Shown piece after piece: positions 8,272 to 15,579 of a DNA stretch of 40,595 bases. Within the stretch, counting starts at the first letter, position 1; each line of letters starts with the position of its first letter. The position numbers were made by a program, and so were the translations under genes. The notes below the pieces were generated by a model. The model saw nothing but the letters and a program-made list of their open reading frames with translations, made no database searches and had not been told where the DNA came from. This stretch comes from a virus (lineage: Duplodnaviria; Caudoviricetes), in the IMG/VR virus record IMGVR_UViG_3300035703_000184, positions 1 to 40,595 of that record, one strand, 5' to 3'.

Positions 8272-9079
8272 GTCGGGCAACCCTGCGAAGCGAGCTATTA
8301 CCAGCGAATCTAACGACCAGATAATGGTCTGTTGGTGTGACAATGGAACAGTCGATGGCAAGTTTATGGAAGGTGTGGTGTACACGCTATTAACTGCTGG
8401 GCTACCTATTACTAGCGCACAACGTGTGCAAGGTAATCAGATAGGCAGGCAACGTCAGACTGCATTCGATGTCTGGCATACCAAGACTAACTTTGATTGG
8501 TTGCTCTGGGTTGATAGCGATATCGTTCTTACGAACGAAGCTCTCAAGTTAGTGTGGGACTCAGCTCATAAAGTCGAACGACCTGTTGTTAGCGGAACTT
8601 ACTTCATCTCTAAGCAGATGGAGAGTTCAATCATGCAGCCATATCCTGCGCTGTTCATGGCACATGAGGATGACAAGTACCTAATGTCCTACGTCCATCC
8701 TCTGCCATTCAACCAGTTGTTGAAGGTTGATTACGCTGGGTTTGGATTCTTGCTTATGCATCGGTCAGTGGCTGACAAGATGCGTCAGTTCCATGGCGAT
8801 GGTTCATTCTTTATTGAGTCAATGGATGAAGCGAATAAGGATAAGGATACGTTTATCGGTGAGGACATCCAGTTCTTTATGAAGATGAGAGAGGCTGGCA
8901 TTCCACTTCATGCACATACTGGTGCAACAGTAAAGCACATGAAGAGATTCGCATTCGATGAAGAGTTCTATAAGTTGTATTGGGCTACGATGCTGAACAG
9001 TATGCAGGCTCAGGCGCGTAAAGAAAAAGAGGCGGAGGCACAAGCCCCCGCCCCTTCGGATGGTTCTAGTTCAAGCTGA
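8264..9079 (+). CDS. GT-A fold (GT2-like) glycosyltransferase
   Basis: WLLWVDSD, GFGFLLMHRSV, GEDIQFF; GGAGG RBS before ATG 8264. Confidence 0.82.
   Translation: MGKSGNPAKRAITSESNDQIMVCWCDNGTVDGKFMEGVVYTLLTAGLPITSAQRVQGNQIGRQRQTAFDVWHTKTNFDWLLWVDSDIVLTNEALKLVWDSAHKVERPVVSGTYFISKQMESSIMQPYPALFMAHEDDKYLMSYVHPLPFNQLLKVDYAGFGFLLMHRSVADKMRQFHGDGSFFIESMDEANKDKDTFIGEDIQFFMKMREAGIPLHAHTGATVKHMKRFAFDEEFYKLYWATMLNSMQAQARKEKEAEAQAPAPSDGSSSS
9019..9056 (-). terminator. Minus-strand terminator embedded in the glycosyltransferase 3' end
   Basis: Minus strand GGCGGGGGC-TTGT-GCCTCCGCC-TCTTTTTCTTT, just after stop at 9066. Confidence 0.8.
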
Positions 9080-9209
9080 TGCGTGAGAAGAACTCACGCT
9101 GAACTTGGTCAGCGTTCTTACATAACTGATACATCTCTTGCTCACCTTTGCGTTTGCCTATGCGATAAGCAACATACGCAGCGATGGCAATGTATACAAT
9201 CGTCCACAT
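9066..9209 (-). CDS. Small membrane-anchored protein (47 aa), not in the ORF track
   Basis: MWTIVYIAIAAYVAYRIGKRKG...; start overlaps upstream stop. Confidence 0.7.
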   Translation of the reverse strand: MWTIVYIAIAAYVAYRIGKRKGEQEMYQLCKNADQVQREFFSRISLN

Positions 9210-9532
9210 TATTTACCTCCAATCCTTTCCAAAAATTTTTCTGGTAGTTCCAAGCGACAGACTACTGCCTTGCCTGGTTCGTTCTTATCTACAGCCGATA
9301 AGTTCTTTACGAACTTCTCAGCCTGCAGTTTTGTACTGAACTCACCCCACGCCTGGACTGGAGCCCAACGTGCTAGTTGTCCTACGAGAACATAGGCATC
9401 ACGTTTACCTCTGGATTCATCCAGAGCCTCGATGATTTCTTGCGCTAGTTCCGCAGCACTTTCGGAGTTAGTGTTGTCAGGGTCAAGCAGGTTTGCAACC
9501 AACTTGATTTCCGTCGGACGTGGACGTGACAT
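9209..9532 (-). CDS. Hypothetical protein
   Basis: MSRPRPTEIK...; AAGGAG RBS; coupled to neighbours. Confidence 0.7.
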   Translation of the reverse strand: MSRPRPTEIKLVANLLDPDNTNSESAAELAQEIIEALDESRGKRDAYVLVGQLARWAPVQAWGEFSTKLQAEKFVKNLSAVDKNEPGKAVVCRLELPEKFLERIGGK

Positions 9533-9663
9533 CAGTACTCCTTCATGCACTTCACGTAGTTCTGGTGTACAGCCAGAGCCTCACGTGCTTCGTCTTCTGT
9601 GCGTCGCTCTATCTCTGCATTGCAGTAACTACAGATAAGAATGACGCTAGTTAGATGTATCAT
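9532..9663 (-). CDS. Small zinc-finger-like protein (43 aa), not in the ORF track
   Basis: CSYC...H....C; exactly fills the gap with overlapping start/stop. Confidence 0.65.
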   Translation of the reverse strand: MIHLTSVILICSYCNAEIERRTEDEAREALAVHQNYVKCMKEY

Positions 9664-9890
9664 GCTTCTTTCCTTTCCTTGTGTTCCTTATAGTAAAGCT
9701 CACACACATCACCATCAATCATATGGTAATGCATGTGAGCGCCAGACATGAAGAGGACTTCGTCCTCGTCATCTCCTAATCCGTAGGAATCGTGATACCC
9801 ACAGTACCAAGTCCAGCCCCCGACTGGAACAATCTTCAGTCGGGAGGCTTTGACTTCCAGCGTATTTTTATTCTTTAGTTTGCCCATCAT
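9660..9890 (-). CDS. Hypothetical Cys/His protein
   Basis: CGYH...HMHYH...C; operon packing. Confidence 0.65.
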   Translation of the reverse strand: MMGKLKNKNTLEVKASRLKIVPVGGWTWYCGYHDSYGLGDDEDEVLFMSGAHMHYHMIDGDVCELYYKEHKERKEA

Positions 9891-10095
9891 TCTCCTCTGG
9901 TGCGTAAATGATTACGTCGGTGACAAGCGCCTCGGCATCATCGTGCAATGGCTGCTCTATAAGAGCAGGCTCGTTGTGCTTTTGCGAGTAGATGTGCAGA
10001 TAGTCCAGCGCTTTGAGTATGTACTGCGCCACCCTTGGTGTGAGTGGCGGTTGCACATACGACTGGTCTAGATATTTCTGTAGTGGATTGGTCAT
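9868..10095 (-). CDS. Hypothetical protein
   Basis: GGAGG RBS; ATGA overlap. Confidence 0.65.
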   Translation of the reverse strand: MTNPLQKYLDQSYVQPPLTPRVAQYILKALDYLHIYSQKHNEPALIEQPLHDDAEALVTDVIIYAPEENDGQTKE

Positions 10096-11060
10096 GCTAC
10101 CTCCTGTGTTACTAGGTCAAGAGCTTTGCTCTTGAGTCGGTCGAACTTGCCAGAGATTGCTCGCTCTGCACGAGTAGCATCTGACTTGTGTGAGTTCCAG
10201 TCGAGGTACTCGACGATTGCTTGGAACGCACCGAATGCAGTACCTCGGATGTTCTCCTGTGTGCTGCTGTGCTGGTAGATATTGAGCGCTGTGGTGCGAG
10301 CGTCAGTGACACGGTTGTATGTACGTCGTTCACCAGTGCTGAGTTTGAAGTACGGTGTCTTCTCGACCAGTGCTGGCATAGTCCACATCTTCTTGAAGAT
10401 GTTCTCTACTTGCGTATCTGATACCGATTGATTGAGTAACTTGTCTGCGACAATCTCATACGTTTCGATACCTGTATAGATGACGTTGAGCATGGTACGC
10501 ATCTGCTCTACTTGCAGTTTGGCATTGGTTGTGTGGTGCAAGGAATACTTGCAGTCCTTACGGAAGATGCCACTGATTTGGTTGGAGCAGAAGAGTCGAT
10601 TGACTAACGGTGTCACACCTAGTGAGCATGAACCATCGTGTGAGGTACGTGCTAGTAGGTATGCAGCATGTGGGTCACCTGCAATCTTGACCTCTCTTGG
10701 TAATTCCAAGAGCATCCAGACTTGAGCACCACCACGCAGCTCACCTGCGTTTGCATATCGTGCTTCGCCTGAGTCAACCAGTGCATCCAGTGCGGAGAAC
10801 ATCTCTCCATTCTGGAACACCTTGTAACGTGTACCTACAGTACCGAGTGCAGTCTGTCCGCCATCCTTGTCGGTGCGGATAGTTGCGAATCGGTCAGGCA
10901 CTTTGATTCGGCTAACGCCCTCGTCGTTTACGGCTAGGGCTTCGAGGTCAGCCAGTGATACGTGCCAGTCAAGACCAGCCTGTTGTGCTGCGTCTTGTGC
11001 GGATGTTGCTGTTACTGCTGAGCCAGCAATGCTGGCATGCATTCTGCGTGTTGTTGTCAT
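10092..11060 (-). CDS. DUF932/DUF945 (TIGR03299-like) protein
   Basis: AGLDW.V, LG.VG.RY..FQN, AG.L.GG.QVW, SHDGS, R..C.NQ, GTAFGAFQA..EY.D. Confidence 0.85.
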   Translation of the reverse strand: MTTTRRMHASIAGSAVTATSAQDAAQQAGLDWHVSLADLEALAVNDEGVSRIKVPDRFATIRTDKDGGQTALGTVGTRYKVFQNGEMFSALDALVDSGEARYANAGELRGGAQVWMLLELPREVKIAGDPHAAYLLARTSHDGSCSLGVTPLVNRLFCSNQISGIFRKDCKYSLHHTTNAKLQVEQMRTMLNVIYTGIETYEIVADKLLNQSVSDTQVENIFKKMWTMPALVEKTPYFKLSTGERRTYNRVTDARTTALNIYQHSSTQENIRGTAFGAFQAIVEYLDWNSHKSDATRAERAISGKFDRLKSKALDLVTQEVA

Positions 11061-11100
11061 GTGTTTCCTTTCGTTTGTTGGTTGGTTGGGAGAGAGTATC

Positions 11101-11349
11101 TCATATGCGGTTGTCGAAGTCAACAACTGCTTGGGAGAGTTGGTCATGGTAATGACCCATTAGTGTGCGGAGCTCGCCTGTTTCAGACCAGAACGCCCAC
11201 CATGTTACGAATGGGTGGTACTGAGATTCGGGGAAGAGGCAGAGGACTATCCATCCATCGCCTGTAGTTTTCTTGATGTCGAGGATGGTTGCACCATTGG
11301 CGCAACGGTCACCTCGCTTGGGTGTTGACTTGATTGTGTCGGTTGTCAT
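11101..11349 (-). CDS. Hypothetical protein
   Basis: AAAGGAAG RBS; HPFVTW...GHY. Confidence 0.7.
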   Translation of the reverse strand: MTTDTIKSTPKRGDRCANGATILDIKKTTGDGWIVLCLFPESQYHPFVTWWAFWSETGELRTLMGHYHDQLSQAVVDFDNRI

Positions 11350-11360
11350 GTGCTTCCTTT

Positions 11361-11825
11361 CTATTGTTCTTCTACGGATAGGACTCGTGTGCTCTCAACC
11401 CAGAACTCGCTGACCTCGGCAGCGCCATCGTAGTTGACATCATCTTCGTCTAGGTCTAGTCCGATAGAGTCCGCAATCTCTTGTGCAGATTCTGCATTCT
11501 CTGACCTGTACTTGACGGTGGTCTTGACAGTGAACTCGACATACGCTTCGTATTCCTTGGTGAATACGAGTTTGCTAGAGAACGCTGCTTCAAGGTAGTC
11601 GCTGACTTCCTTGAGTGTGATTGTGTCCTCTTCGTTCCATTCATTGGACTCGATGTCATCGTTGATTGCAGTGAAGAGGTCACGTACATGAGCTCGTTCT
11701 CGGTAGAGTGAGTCACGCAGTGTGTTGACCTGTGCTTCGAGTGTTGCTATTTGTTCCTTGATTTCGTCAACCAATACCTTGGGTGACTCTGTTGCATCTG
11801 TGATTGTTGCTCCTAGTTGTTCCAT
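11361..11825 (-). CDS. Acidic coiled-coil hypothetical protein
   Basis: AAGGAGG RBS before ATG 11825; heptad pattern; D/E-rich. Confidence 0.75.
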   Translation of the reverse strand: MEQLGATITDATESPKVLVDEIKEQIATLEAQVNTLRDSLYRERAHVRDLFTAINDDIESNEWNEEDTITLKEVSDYLEAAFSSKLVFTKEYEAYVEFTVKTTVKYRSENAESAQEIADSIGLDLDEDDVNYDGAAEVSEFWVESTRVLSVEEQ

Positions 11826-11858
11826 TGTGTTGCCTCCTTTGGTTGGGTCTTGCTTCCT

Positions 11859-11892
11859 ATATATAAAGCACATCTTTGATGTGCTATCAAGA
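11859..11892 (-). promoter_or_regulatory. Hairpin/TATATA element, copy A
   Basis: Minus strand TCTTGAT-AGCACATC-AAA-GATGTGCT-TTATATAT; 30 bp identical to 13321-13350. Confidence 0.8.
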
Positions 11893-12192
11893 TTCGTCTA
11901 CGCGAGTGACGAGTTGGTTGTCGACTAGGTACTTCAGTACTTCTTCATCGACGGTTTCATAGTCGATGCCGAAGAAGTGGTCGCCCATATATACGTGCCA
12001 GTTGTCCTTGACCATACGGTCAAAGGCTTCTTCACGTGTGGACGTGAGCACTAATTCGTAGTTGTCTGGTCGTGTATAGATAGAGTCGAGGCTTTGCCAT
12101 ATGGCAAGGTCGCCCATGCCACTGCGATGTACTGCGTCTGTGTATGAGGTAAGTAGAGTTTCTACTTGTGCGATGCGAAATGATGGTTCCAT
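11887..12192 (-). CDS. Hypothetical protein
   Basis: AGGAG RBS; operon packing. Confidence 0.7.
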   Translation of the reverse strand: MEPSFRIAQVETLLTSYTDAVHRSGMGDLAIWQSLDSIYTRPDNYELVLTSTREEAFDRMVKDNWHVYMGDHFFGIDYETVDEEVLKYLVDNQLVTRVDES

Positions 12193-12200
12193 GTTTGCTC

Positions 12201-12908
12201 CTATCGTTTGCTGATACTGAATCGGATGTCGGACTTACCGTCTATACATAGACGGCATACCGCACAGGCTCCACCCTTTTCGGAGATGAGTGGAATGCGC
12301 TTGAGTTGTTCGGGACAGGAAGCACCTGGCTTGCCTGTCATGGCTAGCATTGCTTGCTTGGCAGCACCGAAGGTGTCACCAAGGTATGCAATCTTCACAC
12401 CTTGCGGTGCGAACTCCCAGTTCTCTGCATCTGCAGAGTAATACAGCGAGAGATTGGGAATGTCACGTAACGCACGAGCTGCGTCAGGGTTGCGTGTGTA
12501 CACCCAGAACTGAGTGTCGGTGTTGTTCTCGATGACTACCTTCCACGCCCAGATGTAATCGGCATTGAAGAAGTCACCATCCCAGTGGATGCGGAACAAT
12601 TTCTTGACACCTTTGGTGTCACAGTCTGATTTGAAATCGAGAATCATGGTGTCAAGCATTGCCCACATGTCGTACTTGTCGGCGTTGCGTAACGCATTCC
12701 AGTTGTGAAGTAACACTTCACGAACTGAGGTGTACATCTTTTCCAGTTTACCTGCGTAGCAAATCTTCTCGCAGATGCTGGTTGCATAGGGACATGAGTA
12801 CTGCTTACCACTAGGCAGACCGAACGTATTGGCTAGCGCTGACCGCTTGCCATTCGGTGTTGCCATGTTGGTTACCTTGCGGTCATTAGACCGCTTGAGT
12901 TTGGGCAT
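12201..12908 (-). CDS. gp88-like (radical-SAM-like Fe-S) protein
   Basis: F.LPSG..SCP.A...C...CYA, FRIHWDGDF, WVYTR, C-terminal CP...CAVCRLC. Confidence 0.75.
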   Translation of the reverse strand: MPKLKRSNDRKVTNMATPNGKRSALANTFGLPSGKQYSCPYATSICEKICYAGKLEKMYTSVREVLLHNWNALRNADKYDMWAMLDTMILDFKSDCDTKGVKKLFRIHWDGDFFNADYIWAWKVVIENNTDTQFWVYTRNPDAARALRDIPNLSLYYSADAENWEFAPQGVKIAYLGDTFGAAKQAMLAMTGKPGASCPEQLKRIPLISEKGGACAVCRLCIDGKSDIRFSISKR

Positions 12909-12922
12909 TGCTTCTCCTTTCG

Positions 12923-13294
12923 TTATTTGTTTGGAACAAATACCTTGTCGTATGAAATGAAATCGTCTGGCACTATGGTTAGTGCGCCACGATTGTTGAG
13001 TGCTGCGTAGACACAGGCAACAGCCAGTGGTGAGTTGCCACCGATGTGCCATCGATGCACAGCATCGAGGTCAATGTCTTGGTACTCCTTGTAATCGTAG
13101 ATGTCTGCGATGACATCGGGATGTCCTGATACTTCGAACTGAAGTAGCCATTGATACTGGACCTTGTCGGCGTACTCATTGCGCTCGACAACACCGAACG
13201 CTTTGTTGAGTGAGCGTCGGGTCATCGTGATGTAGCCTTGCAATGAGGTTCCGTTGATATCTATTGAGTTGTCGTTGAGTGCCTTGAGTTTCAT
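12923..13294 (-). CDS. Hypothetical phage protein
   Basis: GTSLQG...FG...DKV..QW...IYDYK...WHIGG; GAAAGGAG RBS. Confidence 0.75.
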   Translation of the reverse strand: MKLKALNDNSIDINGTSLQGYITMTRRSLNKAFGVVERNEYADKVQYQWLLQFEVSGHPDVIADIYDYKEYQDIDLDAVHRWHIGGNSPLAVACVYAALNNRGALTIVPDDFISYDKVFVPNK

Positions 13295-13320
13295 GGTGTT
13301 GCTCCTTTCGGTTGGTTGCC

Positions 13321-13355
13321 ATATATAAAGCACATCTTTGATGTGCTATCTTGAT
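13321..13355 (-). promoter_or_regulatory. Hairpin/TATATA element, copy B
   Basis: Minus strand TCAAGAT-AGCACATC-AAA-GATGTGCT-TTATATAT. Confidence 0.8.
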
Positions 13356-13360
13356 ACGCA

Positions 13361-13546
13361 CTACCCACAGCACATGCCATCGGTAGTATCGGCGCAGCAT
13401 TCTGCACAGAATGCCTCGTTATCTTTCATGGAATTGCGACAGCCATATTCATCCATTGGATTTGAACAGGGATGTCCTTCGTATCCGAAGCAGGTTATCT
13501 GCGCGAGCTCAGCCTGCGTCATGTCCATGATGTGTTTAGTAGTCAT
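13361..13546 (-). CDS. Small Cys-rich protein; start uncertain
   Basis: Eight Cys including CAECC and MCCG. Confidence 0.6.
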   Translation of the reverse strand: MTTKHIMDMTQAELAQITCFGYEGHPCSNPMDEYGCRNSMKDNEAFCAECCADTTDGMCCG

Positions 13547-13823
13547 CGTGGTCGCTATCATCGTATGAACACCATGGTCCAAGATGATGCCCTTCGACTA
13601 TCGCATACGCAGGCGCTGTCACTGAGCCACGCCACGTTACGCCGTCGGGTAGTTGGATTGCTCTCTGCGTATCGCCTTCCGATACCGCATAGATTGCTTC
13701 GATGCATGGTTCCACCATGGATAGTGGTACTGGTGGATAGTGGTTGCTTCGCAACTGGATGGTGATTGATTGCCGAATGTCTATGACATTCTCCGCTAGG
13801 TCTTGCGACATGTTGTTACCCAT
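13536..13823 (-). CDS. Hypothetical phage protein
   Basis: SNHYPPVP..MV.PCIEAI...LPDG..WRG...APA.AIVE.HHL. Confidence 0.72.
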   Translation of the reverse strand: MGNNMSQDLAENVIDIRQSITIQLRSNHYPPVPLSMVEPCIEAIYAVSEGDTQRAIQLPDGVTWRGSVTAPAYAIVEGHHLGPWCSYDDSDHDDY

Positions 13824-14034
13824 TGCTTTCCTCCTCTGATTTGATGAGGTCATCGACCTCAGGTTGGTCGGGTACGAGTTCGACCTCGTAGTGGTACACG
13901 ATGTCGGACTGAGAGTCGTCGCGCTCCCATTCGCCACGCTCATCTGCGAGGTTGATTGCTTCACCTCTGCTTGGTGCTTCTACCTCTTGGTAGAAACTGA
14001 ACGAGCGCTCTTGCCATACCAGGTACTTAGGCAT
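13816..14034 (-). CDS. Small acidic hypothetical protein
   Basis: GGAGG RBS; EVEAPS..EA motif. Confidence 0.7.
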   Translation of the reverse strand: MPKYLVWQERSFSFYQEVEAPSRGEAINLADERGEWERDDSQSDIVYHYEVELVPDQPEVDDLIKSEEESNG

Positions 14035-14371
14035 TGTGTGCCTCCATTTCTTTGACGGTGCTAATCACATGATTAGCAATCAACTCGAATGGGCGGTCGC
14101 CCATCACGAGCATCTGGCGTAGCAGTAATCCAGCCACGTCAGAAATCTTGGAAACTTGTGTTTCCATTTGGTCGATGAGTACATCCCACTCTTCGCGCAG
14201 GTATGCGGTCACCGCTATCTGGTTGCAGTCCAACTCTTTGACATCGTCAACTAGTTGAGTCCACATTTCATGGTCGTTTTCAACGACCAATAGCCAGTCA
14301 TTTGCGAATTGCTCAGCGACTACGTCGCTCATTGATTTGACAGCGGGAATCTCCCACCAGTTACGTTCCAT
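14027..14371 (-). CDS. Acidic hypothetical protein
   Basis: Operon packing. Confidence 0.68.
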   Translation of the reverse strand: MERNWWEIPAVKSMSDVVAEQFANDWLLVVENDHEMWTQLVDDVKELDCNQIAVTAYLREEWDVLIDQMETQVSKISDVAGLLLRQMLVMGDRPFELIANHVISTVKEMEAHNA

Positions 14372-14457
14372 CAGTACTCACATCCTTTGCATTCGGGACG
14401 GAGGCAGTCACCGCATTTGATGACCACCTCCGTCGGGTTGGTTGATTCACTAGTCAC
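14371..14457 (-). CDS. 28-aa CxxC-x4-CxxC microprotein, not in the ORF track
   Basis: GTG start; MTSESTNPTEVVIKCGDCLRPECKGCEY; TGATG overlap downstream. Confidence 0.5.
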   Translation of the reverse strand: MTSESTNPTEVVIKCGDCLRPECKGCEY

Positions 14458-14626
14458 GAATAGCCGTTTCCCAGTGTTGGTCTAAATCAGCAGACCTATG
14501 GTCTGCTATCAAGAGATGCCTGCGCCACTCTGTGTCGCGTCGCATCATGCCAGCGAGAGCCCCGATTCCGAGGCACATTCCTGTGTAACAGATGAACAGG
14601 ATGGAGAGGATTGTGTCGTTACTCAT
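14450..14626 (-). CDS. Small membrane protein (58 aa), not in the ORF track
   Basis: MSNDTILSILFICYTGMCLGIGALAGMMRR...; TAATG overlap. Confidence 0.65.
   Translation of the reverse strand: MSNDTILSILFICYTGMCLGIGALAGMMRRDTEWRRHLLIADHRSADLDQHWETAIRD
14489..14519 (-). promoter_or_regulatory. Hairpin element, copy C (intragenic, no TATATA tail)
   Basis: Minus strand GCATCTCTTGAT-AGCAGACC-ATA-GGTCTGCT. Confidence 0.65.
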
Positions 14627-14871
14627 TAGCGAGCACCGCCTTTCAGTGTTAGGTATGCGTTTGGTTCGACCTTGAGCACGGCTGCGAGAACCTTGTCAAA
14701 GTTTGGGTATTGCCCCATCGCCTTGAGGATTGCCTCAATCTTCTTCGAAGATTTGGCGGTTGGTGTGGTGATGCGGACCTTGGCGAAGACGCGCTTGTCG
14801 TCTGCCTTGGAGATGTGGACAGTGCCGTTCTTCACGACACCGTTCAGGGTTTCGGTTGCTACTTTTCTCAT
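14626..14871 (-). CDS. Basic hypothetical protein, first gene of the minus-strand block
   Basis: GAAAGGAACCACC-ATG. Confidence 0.75.
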   Translation of the reverse strand: MRKVATETLNGVVKNGTVHISKADDKRVFAKVRITTPTAKSSKKIEAILKAMGQYPNFDKVLAAVLKVEPNAYLTLKGGAR

Positions 14872-14912
14872 GGTGGTTCCTTTCTGCCGTCGGGATTTCC
14901 GACTGGCTCGAC

Positions 14913-14950
14913 ATATATAAGCAGAACTACGTTCTGCTATCTTGAGATGC
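14913..14950 (-). promoter_or_regulatory. Hairpin/TATATA element, copy D
   Basis: Minus strand GCATCTCAAGAT-AGCAGAAC-GTA-GTTCTGCT-TATATAT. Confidence 0.8.
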
Positions 14951-15043
14951 GTATACGCTATGAATAGCCCATGCACGTGCGAGCTATTACCAACACATAC
15001 GCTATGCGTACAAACAGGCGCGTGATGTGGGTGTGGCGTGTAT

Positions 15044-15090
15044 GTCATGTGCCATGTGTGTCGGGTCATGTGTTACGTCATGGGTCACGT
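15044..15090. repeat. Cluster of degenerate GTCATGT heptamers
   Basis: GTCATGT 15044, GCCATGT 15051, GTCATGT 15065, GTTACGT 15072, GTCATGG 15077, GTCACGT 15084. Confidence 0.6.
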
Positions 15091-15092
15091 TA

Positions 15093-15158
15093 GACACGCC
15101 GTATTTACGCTCAGCCAGACAGCCAGATTTGACAGGTGTGGGGCTCATCGTGTAGTCT
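15093..15158 (+). promoter_or_regulatory. SigA-type promoter with upstream GACACGCCG box
   Basis: TTGACA 15129-15134, 18-nt spacer, TAGTCT 15153-15158. Confidence 0.7.
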
Positions 15159-15209
15159 GTATTCCATCGCTGAACGCTGGGTTCGGTGATTTCTACGAAA
15201 GGCACGACA

Positions 15210-15476
15210 ATGGTTACAGCATGGACACACGACGACATGATGGTGAATCTCAAGGCATACGTTCAGGACGCGAAGGACGCGTATGGAATCCCTTCCATCG
15301 ATTGCGTTCCTGATTTCGAGTTAGTTCCCCTTCAGTTCGCGCAGATTGGGGACTTGGTTCCAATCGGTAAAGGTCGCGTAGGCGTAGTGTTCGACATCGC
15401 GGAGAATCGCGGGGTCGCGGAATACAGCATCGTTACCTCTACACTTCGTGTAGTATTGAAGCGAATCGCTCTATAG
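15210..15476 (+). CDS. Monocistronic hypothetical protein, possible SH3/KOW-like barrel
   Basis: GAAAGG RBS; IGDLV...GRVGVVFDI; own promoter and terminator. Confidence 0.7.
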   Translation: MVTAWTHDDMMVNLKAYVQDAKDAYGIPSIDCVPDFELVPLQFAQIGDLVPIGKGRVGVVFDIAENRGVAEYSIVTSTLRVVLKRIAL

Positions 15477-15490
15477 ATAGTCAGGTCAAG

Positions 15491-15524
15491 CCCCTCTCTC
15501 ACTCACGGTGGGGGAGGGGTTTCT
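15491..15524 (+). terminator. Terminator-like hairpin
   Basis: CCCCTCTCTCAC/GTGGGGGAGGGG (two G-U pairs) then TTTCT. Confidence 0.6.
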
Positions 15525-15556
15525 CCTGTGCGGGCGACGTTTTTTGTGGGGACAAT

Positions 15557-15579
15557 GGGGGCGTTTGCCCCCTTTTTTT
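15557..15579 (+). terminator. Rho-independent terminator
   Basis: GGGGGC-GTTT-GCCCCC-TTTTTTT. Confidence 0.7.

Noticed and set aside
11859-14950. Hairpin repeats as a CRISPR array, with the nuclease as Cas4
   Set aside because: Copies are 0.4-1.5 kb apart with genes between them, and no other cas genes are present.
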